Shown in pieces: positions 45,164 to 55,790 of a DNA stretch of 64,000 nucleotides (positions within the stretch are counted from its first letter, which is position 1; every line of letters starts with the position of its first letter). Source of the DNA: a virus; the IMG/VR virus record IMGVR_UViG_3300005965_000004, positions 1 through 64,000 of that record; one strand, written 5' to 3'. Under the pieces are notes generated by a model. The model was not told the DNA's origin and ran no database searches. It saw nothing but the letters and a program-made list of their open reading frames with translations. The position numbers and the translations under genes are program-made.

Positions 45164-46561
45164 TCAAAACTCAATGAAGTCAGATAAACTGTTCTCTTCT
45201 ATTTCTATCTCACCCCACCCGAGAACATTGAAGAATCTCTGTATTGCGTTTTGAAAAACCTTCTTCCATTGCTCCTCTGTGTCAATATAAAACAAATCAT
45301 CAAACTCCTTTGGCCACTCATTCACAAAGCCAATTACATTCTGATGAATTTCGTTCTTATGAGGAGCAACATAAATGTACTTCATTTTAGTTCCATTATT
45401 GACAGGCATCAATGGAAGATCATTCTTAGCAACAACGAAATTATAATTCATAGCAGCTCTGACATGAATCGGTAAATGTTTTGGATAACTTATCTCGTTG
45501 TTCTCAATATACTTTTCAACTGGTTCAGCATATTTTGTGTAATCTTTTATACCAGTTGGGTTGGCAATATCAGAAGGACCAGCTTCAAGAAATTCATTAT
45601 GAATCTTTCTAAGCTTTGTCAATACGGCTTCCTTGTCCTTTCCACGCACATTGAATATTTTTCTTATAACACCCATAATCCTTTCACGACTAAATTGAGG
45701 AGTGTCAGTTCTAACAACCTCAATTCCAGTGATTGATATTTTTGGTTCATCAATGTAAAGCTTATCTTCATTGGCAATAACTTCATCAGCATATTTCTTC
45801 TTAGCAAGTATGAACTTCTGTGTTATAATCTTTTCTCTCTTGAAGTCAATCAACTGAGGAACTCCATAGTTATTGGCATAGATTTTTAGAATCTTGTCAA
45901 AGAATGGTTTGAAAAATCTTTCATCAAGATCGTCAACCCAATCATAAAATTCCTGATTATTCTTGAATTCCAGACCCATGTTTCTAACAATTTCCTGAAG
46001 ACAAACATAGCTGGAGTCAGTATCTATAAGTATCACAACATCTTTTTCCAAAGGTTTCCAATCACATTTTGCGTATGGATAGAGCTTAGGACCAATTTCG
46101 TGCCACTTTTGCTTCATGTAGTTGTTGAGAGTATTTGATAAATATCTAATCAAGTCCTGTCCGCTCAATGTAACAGCGATAGCATTGTTCACATTGAAAA
46201 AGTTGAAGAAAGGATTTCCAAGAACTCCATACACTGAGTTGATAAGAATCTTTCTGATTAGCTGTTGAGAGTCATAATATTCCGATGTCTCACCTTCTGA
46301 TTTGACAGCATCAATAAGCTCTTGTGGATAACCTTCAAGACTTCTACCTTTTGCGATAGCATCAGCAATGAATCCCTTCTTCTTCAAAGTCTTTCTTTCG
46401 TTGTAAATATCGCTTACAATCTCTGCCATGACTCCCCTTTTATCTTTACGATAATAGATTCCACCACACTCAAAATCACCGTTAACTGTTTCCCATGATT
46501 TCCATTTGGAAAGAGGACATTTGTAATTTTTACTTAATTTGAAATTTTTTCCTTCAACCAT
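45164..46561 (-). CDS. gp43: family B DNA polymerase, C-terminal piece
   Basis: Q...KILINSVYGVLGN..F.FF, A.AVTLSGQ, IDTDS, KKKY, GIEVVR..TP. Confidence 0.93.
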   Translation of the reverse strand: MVEGKNFKLSKNYKCPLSKWKSWETVNGDFECGGIYYRKDKRGVMAEIVSDIYNERKTLKKKGFIADAIAKGRSLEGYPQELIDAVKSEGETSEYYDSQQLIRKILINSVYGVLGNPFFNFFNVNNAIAVTLSGQDLIRYLSNTLNNYMKQKWHEIGPKLYPYAKCDWKPLEKDVVILIDTDSSYVCLQEIVRNMGLEFKNNQEFYDWVDDLDERFFKPFFDKILKIYANNYGVPQLIDFKREKIITQKFILAKKKYADEVIANEDKLYIDEPKISITGIEVVRTDTPQFSRERIMGVIRKIFNVRGKDKEAVLTKLRKIHNEFLEAGPSDIANPTGIKDYTKYAEPVEKYIENNEISYPKHLPIHVRAAMNYNFVVAKNDLPLMPVNNGTKMKYIYVAPHKNEIHQNVIGFVNEWPKEFDDLFYIDTEEQWKKVFQNAIQRFFNVLGWGEIEIEENSLSDFIEF

Positions 46562-47451
46562 TTATTAAGCTCCATCTTTATGTTTTGTTTATAAGATATT
46601 CTTATTAGTTCAATATTATTATCTTGACAAAATACATTCTTTATTTTATCACATTCCTGTTGTCTACAAAATTTTTTGTAGCTACCAAAACAAGGAACAT
46701 GATAAAAATGTTGTATACCATCATATTCAATACATGTATTATACTCTGGAATATAAAAGTCAAAAGATAATTTTCTTTTGTTACTACAACCGTCAAAATT
46801 GTATTGACTAATAAACTCTATTTTATTATCTTTGAGAAATTTTTCAATTACAATTTCACCTTTGGATAATTTACAGATAGGACAACCATTTTTATGATGA
46901 ATGTGTGAATTATAACTTTGCCAGAATTCACCATGTTTAGGACAAATGATACAAACTTTTTTTAAACTACTTACATATTCAACTTTTGAGTAATCATACT
47001 TGTTACCGTGAACTTTTTTAGCTTTATCTATAAATATTTCATTATTAAAAGAATGTTTTGAAATATGATTATCAACCATACAAATAGGACATCCATGTCC
47101 TCTTAAATGGTTTTGTGGCTCTTGTAAAAATATACCGTGATTTTTACAAATTATAGCAACTTTGGTATGGTTGTTGACATAATCAACTTGACTATAATCA
47201 TACTTTTCTCCATGAACTTTTTTAGCTTTTTTTATGAATACATTATGATTCATAGTTCTATTGTCAATAGCACATAAAGGGCAACCATATTTTCTAATAT
47301 GATTAGACGGCAATTGTTCAAAAATTCCATGTTTTTCGCATTTGATTTTTACCAAAGTCCTACTATTAACGTAATCAACTTGACTATAATCATACTTTTC
47401 TCCATGAACTTTTTTAGCTTTCTCTACAAATATTTTCTTATTCCACTTCAC
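46534..47451 (-). mobile_element. free-standing homing endonuclease (three DUF723-like repeats plus PD-(D/E)xK/Vsr-like domain) inside the polymerase locus
   Basis: FI.KAKKVHG.KYDYS.V.Y...C..HG.F.Q...H..G.GCP.C x3; SKGE..I, FDFY, IEYDG.QH, D..KN.FC. Confidence 0.88.
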
Positions 47452-47484
47452 AAGATTCTCCTAATGATGTTATAACAATGTATT

Positions 47485-48609
47485 CTATTTAGAAGTATTT
47501 ATATAAATAACATCATTTTCTTGTAAATCTTTGACAAATTTTTTAATATATCCTTTAGAACTTTCAACCAAAATTTCATCATTACCATCAAAAAAATAAT
47601 CTTTGTCTTTATAAGTTAATGTGTATTCTTTATCACAAATTGTTTCCGGGCTTATATTGTAAGTCATAATTTCGTGAGGATACATAGAAGCAACATCAAA
47701 AGAAACAACATACTCATAGAATCCTGGTTTTGCCATAACATACGCCCCAGGAAACTTTTTGTTCTTCTCCGTGTTTATTCTATCTGGGAAAACGATATTC
47801 CTTTCATGAAGATATCTCAGCATGTATCCAGTCACAAGAGTTATAGAAGAGAATATTCTTTCAAATGGTATCAATGCCTGATAACAGAACTGGATTGTGA
47901 GCTTGATATGCTTTTTCTTATCCTCTATCTTCTTACAAAGTAGAACGTCTTGTATGTTATACTCCACAAATTCATTCCACTGCTTCCAAGCAGTATTGAC
48001 AGTTCCCTCCAAGTCCTTCTTACCTTCATTGACTTCCAACTTTCCTATAAACTGAAGAGAATATCTTTCTCTTTTGGTATAAACAAAGTTCTTGTATAAT
48101 TCCAATCCATCAAGAATAGAAATACCAGGTATGATAAAACCACCACCTTCTATATGATAGCCACCAGTTTTTCTCTGAACGTAATCAAGATTTATTGGAG
48201 ACAGTAGAGTTTCTATTTTAAGATTTCTACACCTGTTGACAATGTATGGAACGTCGAATCCCATAACATTCCAACCAGTTAGAATATCAACACTCTTCTT
48301 TCTGAAGTGTTTTATAAATCTCTCTAACATCGTCTTTTCATCTGGACAATAGTGATAGTTTTTTACCAGAGGACTATCGCCAGTATAAGGTCTTGTACCA
48401 AATGTATAAACCTCATCTTCCTTAGAATAGTGTATAGATATTAGATTGATTGGGAATTTGGCATCTTCTGGTTTGGGGAACTCTGAATTTGAGTAATAAC
48501 AACTATCTTTGAAATTACACCATTTTTGTTTCTTCTCATCCCAAACTTCATAATCATTTTTATCATTTTTGGTTTCAAATTCACTTATTGTAATAAACTC
48601 TTCATTCAT
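47485..48609 (-). CDS. gp43: family B DNA polymerase, middle piece (exonuclease II/III and region II)
   Basis: FP.PE.A..PI, TGWN..GFD.PYI.NR, Y.L..I...E, YNIQDV, GAYV, SFDVASMYP..I..YNISPET. Confidence 0.93.
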   Translation of the reverse strand: MNEEFITISEFETKNDKNDYEVWDEKKQKWCNFKDSCYYSNSEFPKPEDAKFPINLISIHYSKEDEVYTFGTRPYTGDSPLVKNYHYCPDEKTMLERFIKHFRKKSVDILTGWNVMGFDVPYIVNRCRNLKIETLLSPINLDYVQRKTGGYHIEGGGFIIPGISILDGLELYKNFVYTKRERYSLQFIGKLEVNEGKKDLEGTVNTAWKQWNEFVEYNIQDVLLCKKIEDKKKHIKLTIQFCYQALIPFERIFSSITLVTGYMLRYLHERNIVFPDRINTEKNKKFPGAYVMAKPGFYEYVVSFDVASMYPHEIMTYNISPETICDKEYTLTYKDKDYFFDGNDEILVESSKGYIKKFVKDLQENDVIYINTSK

Positions 48610-48611
48610 AT

Positions 48612-48794
48612 AATTTATTTTCCTTTTAAATATTTTTCTCTTAGGTTTTTCATTCTTTTGTACATTTTAGGATTTTTATTTTGTAAAAAATTTTCAAATT
48701 CTAAATCAGTCATTTTAGCATATTTTTCACCCATTATTTTTTGTTGATTAGTTTTTGTCCTTTTTTTTATTTTTAGATATAGATTTTCCTCATC
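48612..48794 (-). pseudogene. AT-rich remnant, probably of a deleted endonuclease, between polymerase pieces 1 and 2
   Basis: MRKIYI then stop, with a short basic C-terminal fragment in another frame. Confidence 0.4.
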
Positions 48795-49204
48795 TATCTT
48801 TTTTTTCTTATTTTAATTTTATGATTTTGATCAAATCCAGTATATCCAGCTTCAACCTCGATGTCTATCGTAGCTATTTGAAAGTTATTCAAATCAGCTT
48901 TTAATTTTTTTCCTTTATATCTTTTCTGTAGGAATTTAACGTCTTCGGGTATGTCTGTTTCACAAGTCTTCGTACAAGATGCCACTTGCTTCATTGACTG
49001 TCGTGAATCACTTGACTGCGGCATTACTCTATTGCCGTAAATATCTCTGAATTCTTCTTGTTGGTTTGATTCTCCCAAAGTATCATTGTATGGAACATAA
49101 TACTCGAACATTGGATGGAAGTCGTGCTTTTTTCTTTTTCCGTTTTCATATTCATTACAATATAATCTGTTTTTGTATGAGTCGTAATATATACGAGTAA
49201 ACAT
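48794..49204 (-). CDS. gp43: family B DNA polymerase, N-terminal piece (through Exo I)
   Basis: FTRIY, YENGKR, DIYG, IATIDIEV. Confidence 0.88.
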   Translation of the reverse strand: MFTRIYYDSYKNRLYCNEYENGKRKKHDFHPMFEYYVPYNDTLGESNQQEEFRDIYGNRVMPQSSDSRQSMKQVASCTKTCETDIPEDVKFLQKRYKGKKLKADLNNFQIATIDIEVEAGYTGFDQNHKIKIRKKR

Positions 49205-49370
49205 TCATCCTCCTAAGACTTTTGAAATTCTTCTCTGTAAACCATCATTTCCGATATTGATTCCAAATATAACAACATGATAACATATTTTCGAAAAGAT
49301 GTAAAGAGCAAATTTACAAAAGCAAGCCCACAAAATCATAAACAAACAAAAAAACAAAATATTTTCCATA

Positions 49371-49634
49371 TTAGGCCCCTTCTATATCTCCGTTTTGTTC
49401 GATTGCTTCGTCCTCTCTCTTGTCGAGATATCTTCTTCTAAACTCATCAGCACAATGTTGAGCAGCATAAACACAGTCATGAAGATTTGAATATCTATAT
49501 TCCTTATCAGACATGTACTTGTTCATCAGACTGAAAATACAATACTCCAATTCACCTTTGGTTTCAATTTCATCAATCTCCCAGAGAGCACCATCATACT
49601 TATCTCTATCTTCCTTCTTTATGTAAGGCATCAT
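49371..49634 (-). CDS. conserved phage protein
   Basis: MPYIK..DR, GEL.Y, EF.RR....ED.AI..NGDI. Confidence 0.75.
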   Translation of the reverse strand: MMPYIKKEDRDKYDGALWEIDEIETKGELEYCIFSLMNKYMSDKEYRYSNLHDCVYAAQHCADEFRRRYLDKREDEAIEQNGDIEGA

Positions 49635-49683
49635 CTACCTCCTTGGCTTCAATTGTCAATTTCTTTTCATTATAAACTCATAT

Positions 49684-50163
49684 TCAATATATAGCCGAAT
49701 GCCACGATTTGTAAAATTCGTTAATGATTTTCTTTTCTATCAGTTCTTCAACACTCTTAACATACCACGAAACTGTGTTTGTTACAAATGGATGATTTTC
49801 CCAAACAACATCATCTGTTATCATTATGACTGGTTTTCTCCAATCATATGCCCATGCAAGTTCATAAACTGTTCCAAGCAAAGGCCTATCTTGACCAAAA
49901 GTATCTGTATTGACAATCAACAAGTCTGCTTTTCTAACACAATTATAATCTTTGTGTACAATAGCATTTGGTGGGAAAACACCTTTCAATCCGTTAGATG
50001 AAATTTCATTGAAGTTCTCTCCATTCAAAGGGTCTAACCAGTTAATTGGGTAACGACCAGATGGCCAGTTGTCATATGTTTCTCTAATATTTTTACGCCA
50101 AGCAACACACTTATCAATGACACTGCCTTGAATGTAGCCAGCCAAATAAACTTTCATTGACAT
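49684..50163 (-). CDS. nucleoside 2-deoxyribosyltransferase-like protein
   Basis: VYLAG.I, WR, LDP, D...V..AD.LIV, GT..ELAWA....KPVI, HPF. Confidence 0.8.
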   Translation of the reverse strand: MSMKVYLAGYIQGSVIDKCVAWRKNIRETYDNWPSGRYPINWLDPLNGENFNEISSNGLKGVFPPNAIVHKDYNCVRKADLLIVNTDTFGQDRPLLGTVYELAWAYDWRKPVIMITDDVVWENHPFVTNTVSWYVKSVEELIEKKIINEFYKSWHSAIY

Positions 50164-50185
50164 ATTAAACCTCCGTTCAATAAAA

Positions 50186-50389
50186 TTAAATTAACCAAAG
50201 ACCTTCTTCATCCCAGTATTTTATCAAGTCTTGAAACTTACTAATAACAACTTCTGGTTTAGAAGGGTCTTCAAATTGAAAAACTAAACAACAACCAGGT
50301 CTACCAGAAGTAAATTTTAGAACTTCTGGACATTGATTTTCTCTTTCGATACGAATACATTGCCAAGTCAAAAAAAGATTGTACGGCAT
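50186..50389 (-). CDS. hypothetical protein
   Basis: 67-aa ORF in operon; start uncertain. Confidence 0.45.
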   Translation of the reverse strand: MPYNLFLTWQCIRIERENQCPEVLKFTSGRPGCCLVFQFEDPSKPEVVISKFQDLIKYWDEEGLWLI

Positions 50390-50428
50390 CTGCTTCTGGT
50401 TGACTATTCCAATGCTTAATCTTTACTT

Positions 50429-51370
50429 TCATTTCCTAGGATATTTTTGTGAAATTTCTTCTTCAAGAACAGAAACCTTATTCTGGAAATCTTTCATGTC
50501 GTCACAGAAAAGCCCTGCCGATTTTTCATGCCCCCCACCAATTCCCTTTTCTTTTAGAATTGTTCCCATATTTAAACCTTCAATCTTATGTCTCACACTG
50601 ACTCTACCATGATAAGGGTTTCTAACAAAAACTATGTCATATCCTTCTTCATTCATAAGCTTGTGACATATCTCATTTATGAACTCTTTTGACTGAACAA
50701 CACAACCATTTATCTTCTCAAACTCGAATATTTCGAGACTATCATAAAGTCTTTTGAATTCAAAATCTCTTTCCTTCAACCACTTTTCTTCTTCATCTGT
50801 AAAGTATGTCCTACCGTCAAAAAAGTTATCTCTGAACTTTTTAGGTCTATACAGATAAAACATTACGTCATTTAATTTCTTACTGTCAGGATATTTGAGT
50901 TCCCACATATCATAATCATTCGTCAATCTAACTATGTCGTCAAGATGACTCAAATCAAGACCATAGTATTTTTCAACGAATTTCTTTGTCAGGTGCGCTG
51001 CGCATTTGTTAGGAACAACATAATGCATTTTGCTGGGGTCATTATAAGACTCTGCTGATTCATGATGGTCAAGTAAAATAATTTTGTCTGACAGATATAA
51101 GTTTTCCTTTCTATTGGGACTTATATCTGCCAGAAATACAAAATCATATTTGTCATAATCCAGTGATTCAAGAACAGAATCTATTCTGTAAAATGATGTA
51201 TCTATTATGGTAATGTTTTCAAAAACATGACTTAAAATTAACGCACATACGGAACCGTCAAGATCGCAATGGACAATATTCAACACTCTACTGCTTTTTG
51301 GAATTTTCTTCAAAACAAACTCCTTGGATGATTTTATTTTTATTCTATCATCTTTTTGGATGTTTGTCAA
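50429..51370 (-). CDS. DHH-family phosphoesterase
   Basis: H.DLDG, LADIS, LLDHH, DYDMW, GGGH..SAG. Confidence 0.9.
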   Translation of the reverse strand: MTNIQKDDRIKIKSSKEFVLKKIPKSSRVLNIVHCDLDGSVCALILSHVFENITIIDTSFYRIDSVLESLDYDKYDFVFLADISPNRKENLYLSDKIILLDHHESAESYNDPSKMHYVVPNKCAAHLTKKFVEKYYGLDLSHLDDIVRLTNDYDMWELKYPDSKKLNDVMFYLYRPKKFRDNFFDGRTYFTDEEEKWLKERDFEFKRLYDSLEIFEFEKINGCVVQSKEFINEICHKLMNEEGYDIVFVRNPYHGRVSVRHKIEGLNMGTILKEKGIGGGHEKSAGLFCDDMKDFQNKVSVLEEEISQKYPRK

Positions 51371-51371
51371 G

Positions 51372-52619
51372 TCAAAAGAGTTCAGTAATCATTTTAACAT
51401 ATTTTTCACTTTCAAGCCATCTACCTTCTTTGTCAAGAATTTGATATTGTTCTTTAATAACTTTATTGTAATTATCTGTTTCTGTCAAATCCCAAATAAT
51501 TCTATCTAAATCTTCATATGAAATATTATATGGGACATTAACTGGACAATCATCATAAGGTGATGGAAATTTATCATATTTCGTTCCTTTCCAAGTATTT
51601 CCTATAAAACATGCACCTAAAGCATATGATTCAATAGCCTTAATATTGCTTTTACTGTAGTTAAAATAATTTGGTATAAGTGGTCCAATCATAAAATCAG
51701 GTCTATTAGATTTTATAGGAAGATGGTATTGAAAACTATTCACCCAATTTATAACTTTAAAGTTTGGTTTATTTTTAATACATTCAAAGAAAAATGGTAA
51801 GCCGCCCATCTGAACAAAATTAATTTTACCATCAATAACATTTTTAATTATCCATTCAGTCCAAACATTATCCATATCACCTTTTAATTTAGTTTGATTA
51901 TTATAATGTGTAGGGCTTCCACTCCACAAAAATGTTGGTTTTATAATCTTCTGTTTGATAGGTCTTTTCCTATGAGGTCCCCAAAAATACTGTGGAACAG
52001 CGTTGTATATAGTTCTTATCTCTGGTTTAGTAACACCATGTTCTCTTATGTATTGACCAAGAAAGTCAGTTGACACACAGACAATATCCATCTCATTCAT
52101 GATGTCAAGGGATGCTTGTTGTACTTCCTTTGATATTCCCTGCTTTCCGAAATTATAATCAGGAATTGATTCTCCTTCATCAGGACCTTCCCAGATAAAG
52201 TCATCTATATCATAGATCATCTTAAAACCGTATTTCTTCTGGGCATCCTTGTACATTTGTATTGCTTTCATATGACCGGGCGCCATAGTTCTCTGGAAGA
52301 ATATACTTCTACATCTGAGAAGAACATCATGCTGGAACAACATAACCGGAGAAATGATAACATTAAATTTTCCAGTCTTCCCAAAAATAGAGTTCAAATA
52401 TGTCATTGGGAAAATGTTTCTTATATGTCCACATCCGGTTGAGTCAGAAACATATGATATTACAAGGTTCTTTTGAACCTTCATAAGTCTGCCTTCTTGT
52501 GTGGAAATCTCAAAAGATTTATTAGGATTGAGCAGGTGTTGTCTAAAGACTTCAAAATTGCTCGTTGGAAGCTTATTACTCATTTCAAATATCTCCTTTA
52601 ACTTCATTGTAGAGGTCAA
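51372..52619 (-). CDS. glycosyltransferase (GT-B)
   Basis: D.TGCG..R...P, FQR, YDIDD, VST..L, WSGS.TH, PL..N.FN..KSNIK..E. Confidence 0.8.
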   Translation of the reverse strand: MTSTMKLKEIFEMSNKLPTSNFEVFRQHLLNPNKSFEISTQEGRLMKVQKNLVISYVSDSTGCGHIRNIFPMTYLNSIFGKTGKFNVIISPVMLFQHDVLLRCRSIFFQRTMAPGHMKAIQMYKDAQKKYGFKMIYDIDDFIWEGPDEGESIPDYNFGKQGISKEVQQASLDIMNEMDIVCVSTDFLGQYIREHGVTKPEIRTIYNAVPQYFWGPHRKRPIKQKIIKPTFLWSGSPTHYNNQTKLKGDMDNVWTEWIIKNVIDGKINFVQMGGLPFFFECIKNKPNFKVINWVNSFQYHLPIKSNRPDFMIGPLIPNYFNYSKSNIKAIESYALGACFIGNTWKGTKYDKFPSPYDDCPVNVPYNISYEDLDRIIWDLTETDNYNKVIKEQYQILDKEGRWLESEKYVKMITELF

Positions 52620-53625
52620 TCAACGTGTCATAAATTTCCTCTTTATTTCCAATATCAAGACTATCTATATATTCTCTCATCAAGTCAACCATCGAACCGA
52701 TATTGTAGTTTTCTAAATCTATCACTCCGTTTAGTTCAGAGTTGTTATCAACAAAAATGTTTGGAGTCATTGCCGGACAATGTTCTTCTATCTTCTTAAC
52801 ATATTTATCAATTTCTTTTTCATTGTATGTTTCATCATATGATATGTGAATATCAACAATGTTATTGTGAACTTTCTTTTTAGAGAACTTCTCTGGAAAC
52901 TTTAACTTTATGTACTTTAATGAGACTTCATTGTCAACGAACTTATGTTCCATTTTGGATAAGTCAAGAATAGTAAAACCTCTATTCTCATCAATGTCAT
53001 TTCTAGTAAGTTGGTAAGGTGATCCTATATAAACAATATCACTACCATAAAGAGTTTGAGAATTTCTTATATGAAAATGCCCTGTGAAAACCTTTTGACA
53101 TTTTCCGAAAAGCTTACTATGTAAACCATCATCGCTTCTCTTGAATTTATTAAAGTGAAATCCCTTGATATTGAAGTGTCCAAAACATACATCGCATTTT
53201 CTTTTGCTAAACTCCCTGACGAACTTAACATTGTCAACGATCCAAGGAACCATAACTATGTTCTTGTTATCAATCTCTATGCTTGTAATTTTCTCTATGA
53301 GCGTAACATTGTTAAATTCGTCAAGAAACTTAAGGGAGTTGACCTCGACAGAACTATTGAAATAACAATCATGATTACCGACTAGAACGTAAACTTTGAA
53401 ATCTGAAAAATGATTTTTGAAAACTTCATAAACAGCATTCATAACTTTGGTATTCGTACTGCTCCTATTATCAAAAACATCACCTAAAACAAACAGATAT
53501 TCTATACCATTATCTTTAAGATAAGGTACTAACTGTTCTGTAATAAACCTTGTCTGACTATTTAGAAACACTTCAGAATTTTTACGAACTCCAAAGTGTA
53601 AATCGCTAACTAAGCATACACGCAT
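52585..53625 (-). CDS. gp47: recombination endonuclease subunit (T4 gp47 / Mre11-like)
   Basis: SDLHFGVR, LGDVFD.R, VGNHD, GH..I.GF, GHFH.R, YIGSPY. Confidence 0.95.
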   Translation of the reverse strand: MRVCLVSDLHFGVRKNSEVFLNSQTRFITEQLVPYLKDNGIEYLFVLGDVFDNRSSTNTKVMNAVYEVFKNHFSDFKVYVLVGNHDCYFNSSVEVNSLKFLDEFNNVTLIEKITSIEIDNKNIVMVPWIVDNVKFVREFSKRKCDVCFGHFNIKGFHFNKFKRSDDGLHSKLFGKCQKVFTGHFHIRNSQTLYGSDIVYIGSPYQLTRNDIDENRGFTILDLSKMEHKFVDNEVSLKYIKLKFPEKFSKKKVHNNIVDIHISYDETYNEKEIDKYVKKIEEHCPAMTPNIFVDNNSELNGVIDLENYNIGSMVDLMREYIDSLDIGNKEEIYDTLIDLYNEVKGDI

Positions 53626-53647
53626 ATTGCCTCCAATTTTTTCAACC

Positions 53648-54037
53648 TTAAATCAAGTTGTCAGCGGTGTCGGCATTATCAATATATTCTATACTCGTAA
53701 ATATGTCATCTCTCCTGTTGTAATCATTTATATTCTGTAGAAAAGCATTTCTTGCGATCATAGTGAAGTACGCAAATGGATTCTTTCTTTCAAGATTGAA
53801 TTTGTCAACATACCTACACATGTAGTAGACTGCGTCTGATACCATCTCATCTTTTCTGTCTTGAGTGTAGTTGATAAAATTAGCTCTATTTAGTAAATTT
53901 TGAGCAATTAAAAGAAAACAATTACCAATCTTCTCATAAGTCCTTTTTGATTTATTTTCTCTGTATTCCTTTAACAAAGAATAAAATTCTTTGTTATTTA
54001 CATATTCAGCCATTTTAATCCCCCTTAATTTTAACAA
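53648..54037 (-). CDS. gp55: late-transcription sigma factor (T4 gp55-like)
   Basis: YVNNKEF, IG.CF..IA..L, NF.NYT, EM..DA, NPFAYFT.I..NAF. Confidence 0.93.
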   Translation of the reverse strand: MLKLRGIKMAEYVNNKEFYSLLKEYRENKSKRTYEKIGNCFLLIAQNLLNRANFINYTQDRKDEMVSDAVYYMCRYVDKFNLERKNPFAYFTMIARNAFLQNINDYNRRDDIFTSIEYIDNADTADNLI

Positions 54038-55790
54038 CCTCGGAGAAGTTGTTATTGTTCTTTTTAATACTAATACAATTCTTGAACTGAGAATTGTAAT
54101 CCTGTTGTAATCTATGAGATATGATGTAAATGCTCAGGTCATTTGAGTCATAAGTCATATTTTTTAGACTTCCCACTAACTTTTCTAATCCATTCTCGTC
54201 TATAGCACTGTCAAGAAGTTCATCTATAATCAGTAAATTACAATTCCAATTTGATATGGTTTTTGTTATGCTTATGAACGAAAGTAAAATTGACATATCG
54301 ATTCTCTTCTTTTCACCCTCAGAATAAGAATAGTATGAAATCTCATTGTTGAGATTGTCAAGATTTGTTATTTTTTCGTTCATCAACTCATCAAATTGAA
54401 GCACAACAGGAAGTTCAAACATCTTAATGTACTCGTTTATTTTACTGTTGAGAATTGGTATAAGCTTCTTGAAGAAGTAAGCCTTTATACCACTTTCAGA
54501 AAGAATATTTTGAACAATATCATTATTCTTCAAGTCCTTCTTTATCTTTTTAGTTTCACTCCAAAGAACTCTATACTCCTGTTTTTTCTCTTCAAACTCA
54601 TCCTTTATGCTACTCAAATTAAAGTCAATTTCTCTATTGAGAATTTCATTTCTTCTGGCTTCTGAAGAAGCTAGTTCTCTATCTATCATTTCAAGTTTGC
54701 TTTGAACATTGTCTCTTTTGAACTGATTATCATTCAGCTCTTTCAAATACCCTTCTTGAGATGATATCTCATCTTCAATGGCTAATCTATCAGATTTTAG
54801 CTTACTTATTTCAGATTTTTTGTCAGAAACAATTTTCTTCAATCTTTTTATTTCTTTGTCTCTATGATCTGGAGTGATCTCTGTTTTACACCAGGGACAT
54901 ACAGTATGCTCGTTCATCGAGGTTATCATTTCTTCCGATGACCTGGACTCGTATTCACTTTCGTTAAGATTTTTAATTACTTTATCTCTTCTGTCTTTCA
55001 GGTCTTTTAGAATATCTTCATCGAATTTAGAGTTCTCTATCGATAAGTTAACTAATTCAATTTCTTCACAAAGCTCTAGCTTTTCTTTGAAAAATCTTCT
55101 AATTCTATCGTCATTTGCTCTTAAATCGTTGTCTTTATTCGTTTGGAAATTATTCTGAGCTTCTGTCAACTCGACGACTCTCTTTCTAAGAGATTTTAAA
55201 TGTTGCTCAAGTAAAGCAATAACTCTATCATTGGCTTCATTCTTTGCTTTTATATCAGCATTTTTCTTCTTGAGAACTTTAAGCATCTGTCCAAATACGA
55301 CGATGTTAAAAATCTGCTCAACTATATCTCTCTTTTCCCAAAGCTGTAAAGAAAGGAATGGTTTGTTGTAGTTGACTGCGAGGGAAATAACCTGCTTGAA
55401 CATTTGATAGTTTATTCCAATGATTTTGTCAATTTCTTCTTGGTTCAGTCTCTTGGATGAAAGAAGTTCTAATTTTTCTCCATTCTTTAAGATTTCTATT
55501 TTGTCAGGATTTAAGCTTCTTGTTATCACGTAATTGTCTCTTTCATCAACCATGAATTCACATGTAACTTTTAGGTTCTTTTTGTTCTTTCGATTGACAA
55601 GCTCTTTTATTTTAATTTTTCTGTATGGTTGACCGAATAGACAAAACGAAAGAGAATCGAGAATGGCTGATTTACCAGAACCATTCTTTCCAGAAATGAG
55701 ATTGACTCCATGGTCAAAGCTGACAGTTGTTGGAGTCGCACCGAAAGAGAGTATATTTTGAAATGTCAATTTATTAAACTTAACTACCAT
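54015..55790 (-). CDS. gp46: recombination ATPase subunit (T4 gp46 / Rad50-like)
   Basis: N.LSFG, GKNGSGKS, CPWC hook, SEGEKKRID, LLIIDE.LDS.ID, IISH. Confidence 0.96.
   Translation of the reverse strand: MVVKFNKLTFQNILSFGATPTTVSFDHGVNLISGKNGSGKSAILDSLSFCLFGQPYRKIKIKELVNRKNKKNLKVTCEFMVDERDNYVITRSLNPDKIEILKNGEKLELLSSKRLNQEEIDKIIGINYQMFKQVISLAVNYNKPFLSLQLWEKRDIVEQIFNIVVFGQMLKVLKKKNADIKAKNEANDRVIALLEQHLKSLRKRVVELTEAQNNFQTNKDNDLRANDDRIRRFFKEKLELCEEIELVNLSIENSKFDEDILKDLKDRRDKVIKNLNESEYESRSSEEMITSMNEHTVCPWCKTEITPDHRDKEIKRLKKIVSDKKSEISKLKSDRLAIEDEISSQEGYLKELNDNQFKRDNVQSKLEMIDRELASSEARRNEILNREIDFNLSSIKDEFEEKKQEYRVLWSETKKIKKDLKNNDIVQNILSESGIKAYFFKKLIPILNSKINEYIKMFELPVVLQFDELMNEKITNLDNLNNEISYYSYSEGEKKRIDMSILLSFISITKTISNWNCNLLIIDELLDSAIDENGLEKLVGSLKNMTYDSNDLSIYIISHRLQQDYNSQFKNCISIKKNNNNFSEVVKIKGD

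Noticed and set aside
47485-47640. Functional split intein in gp43
   Set aside because: No convincing block A, no TxxH, and no C-terminal Asn-[CST] block at the start of the next piece
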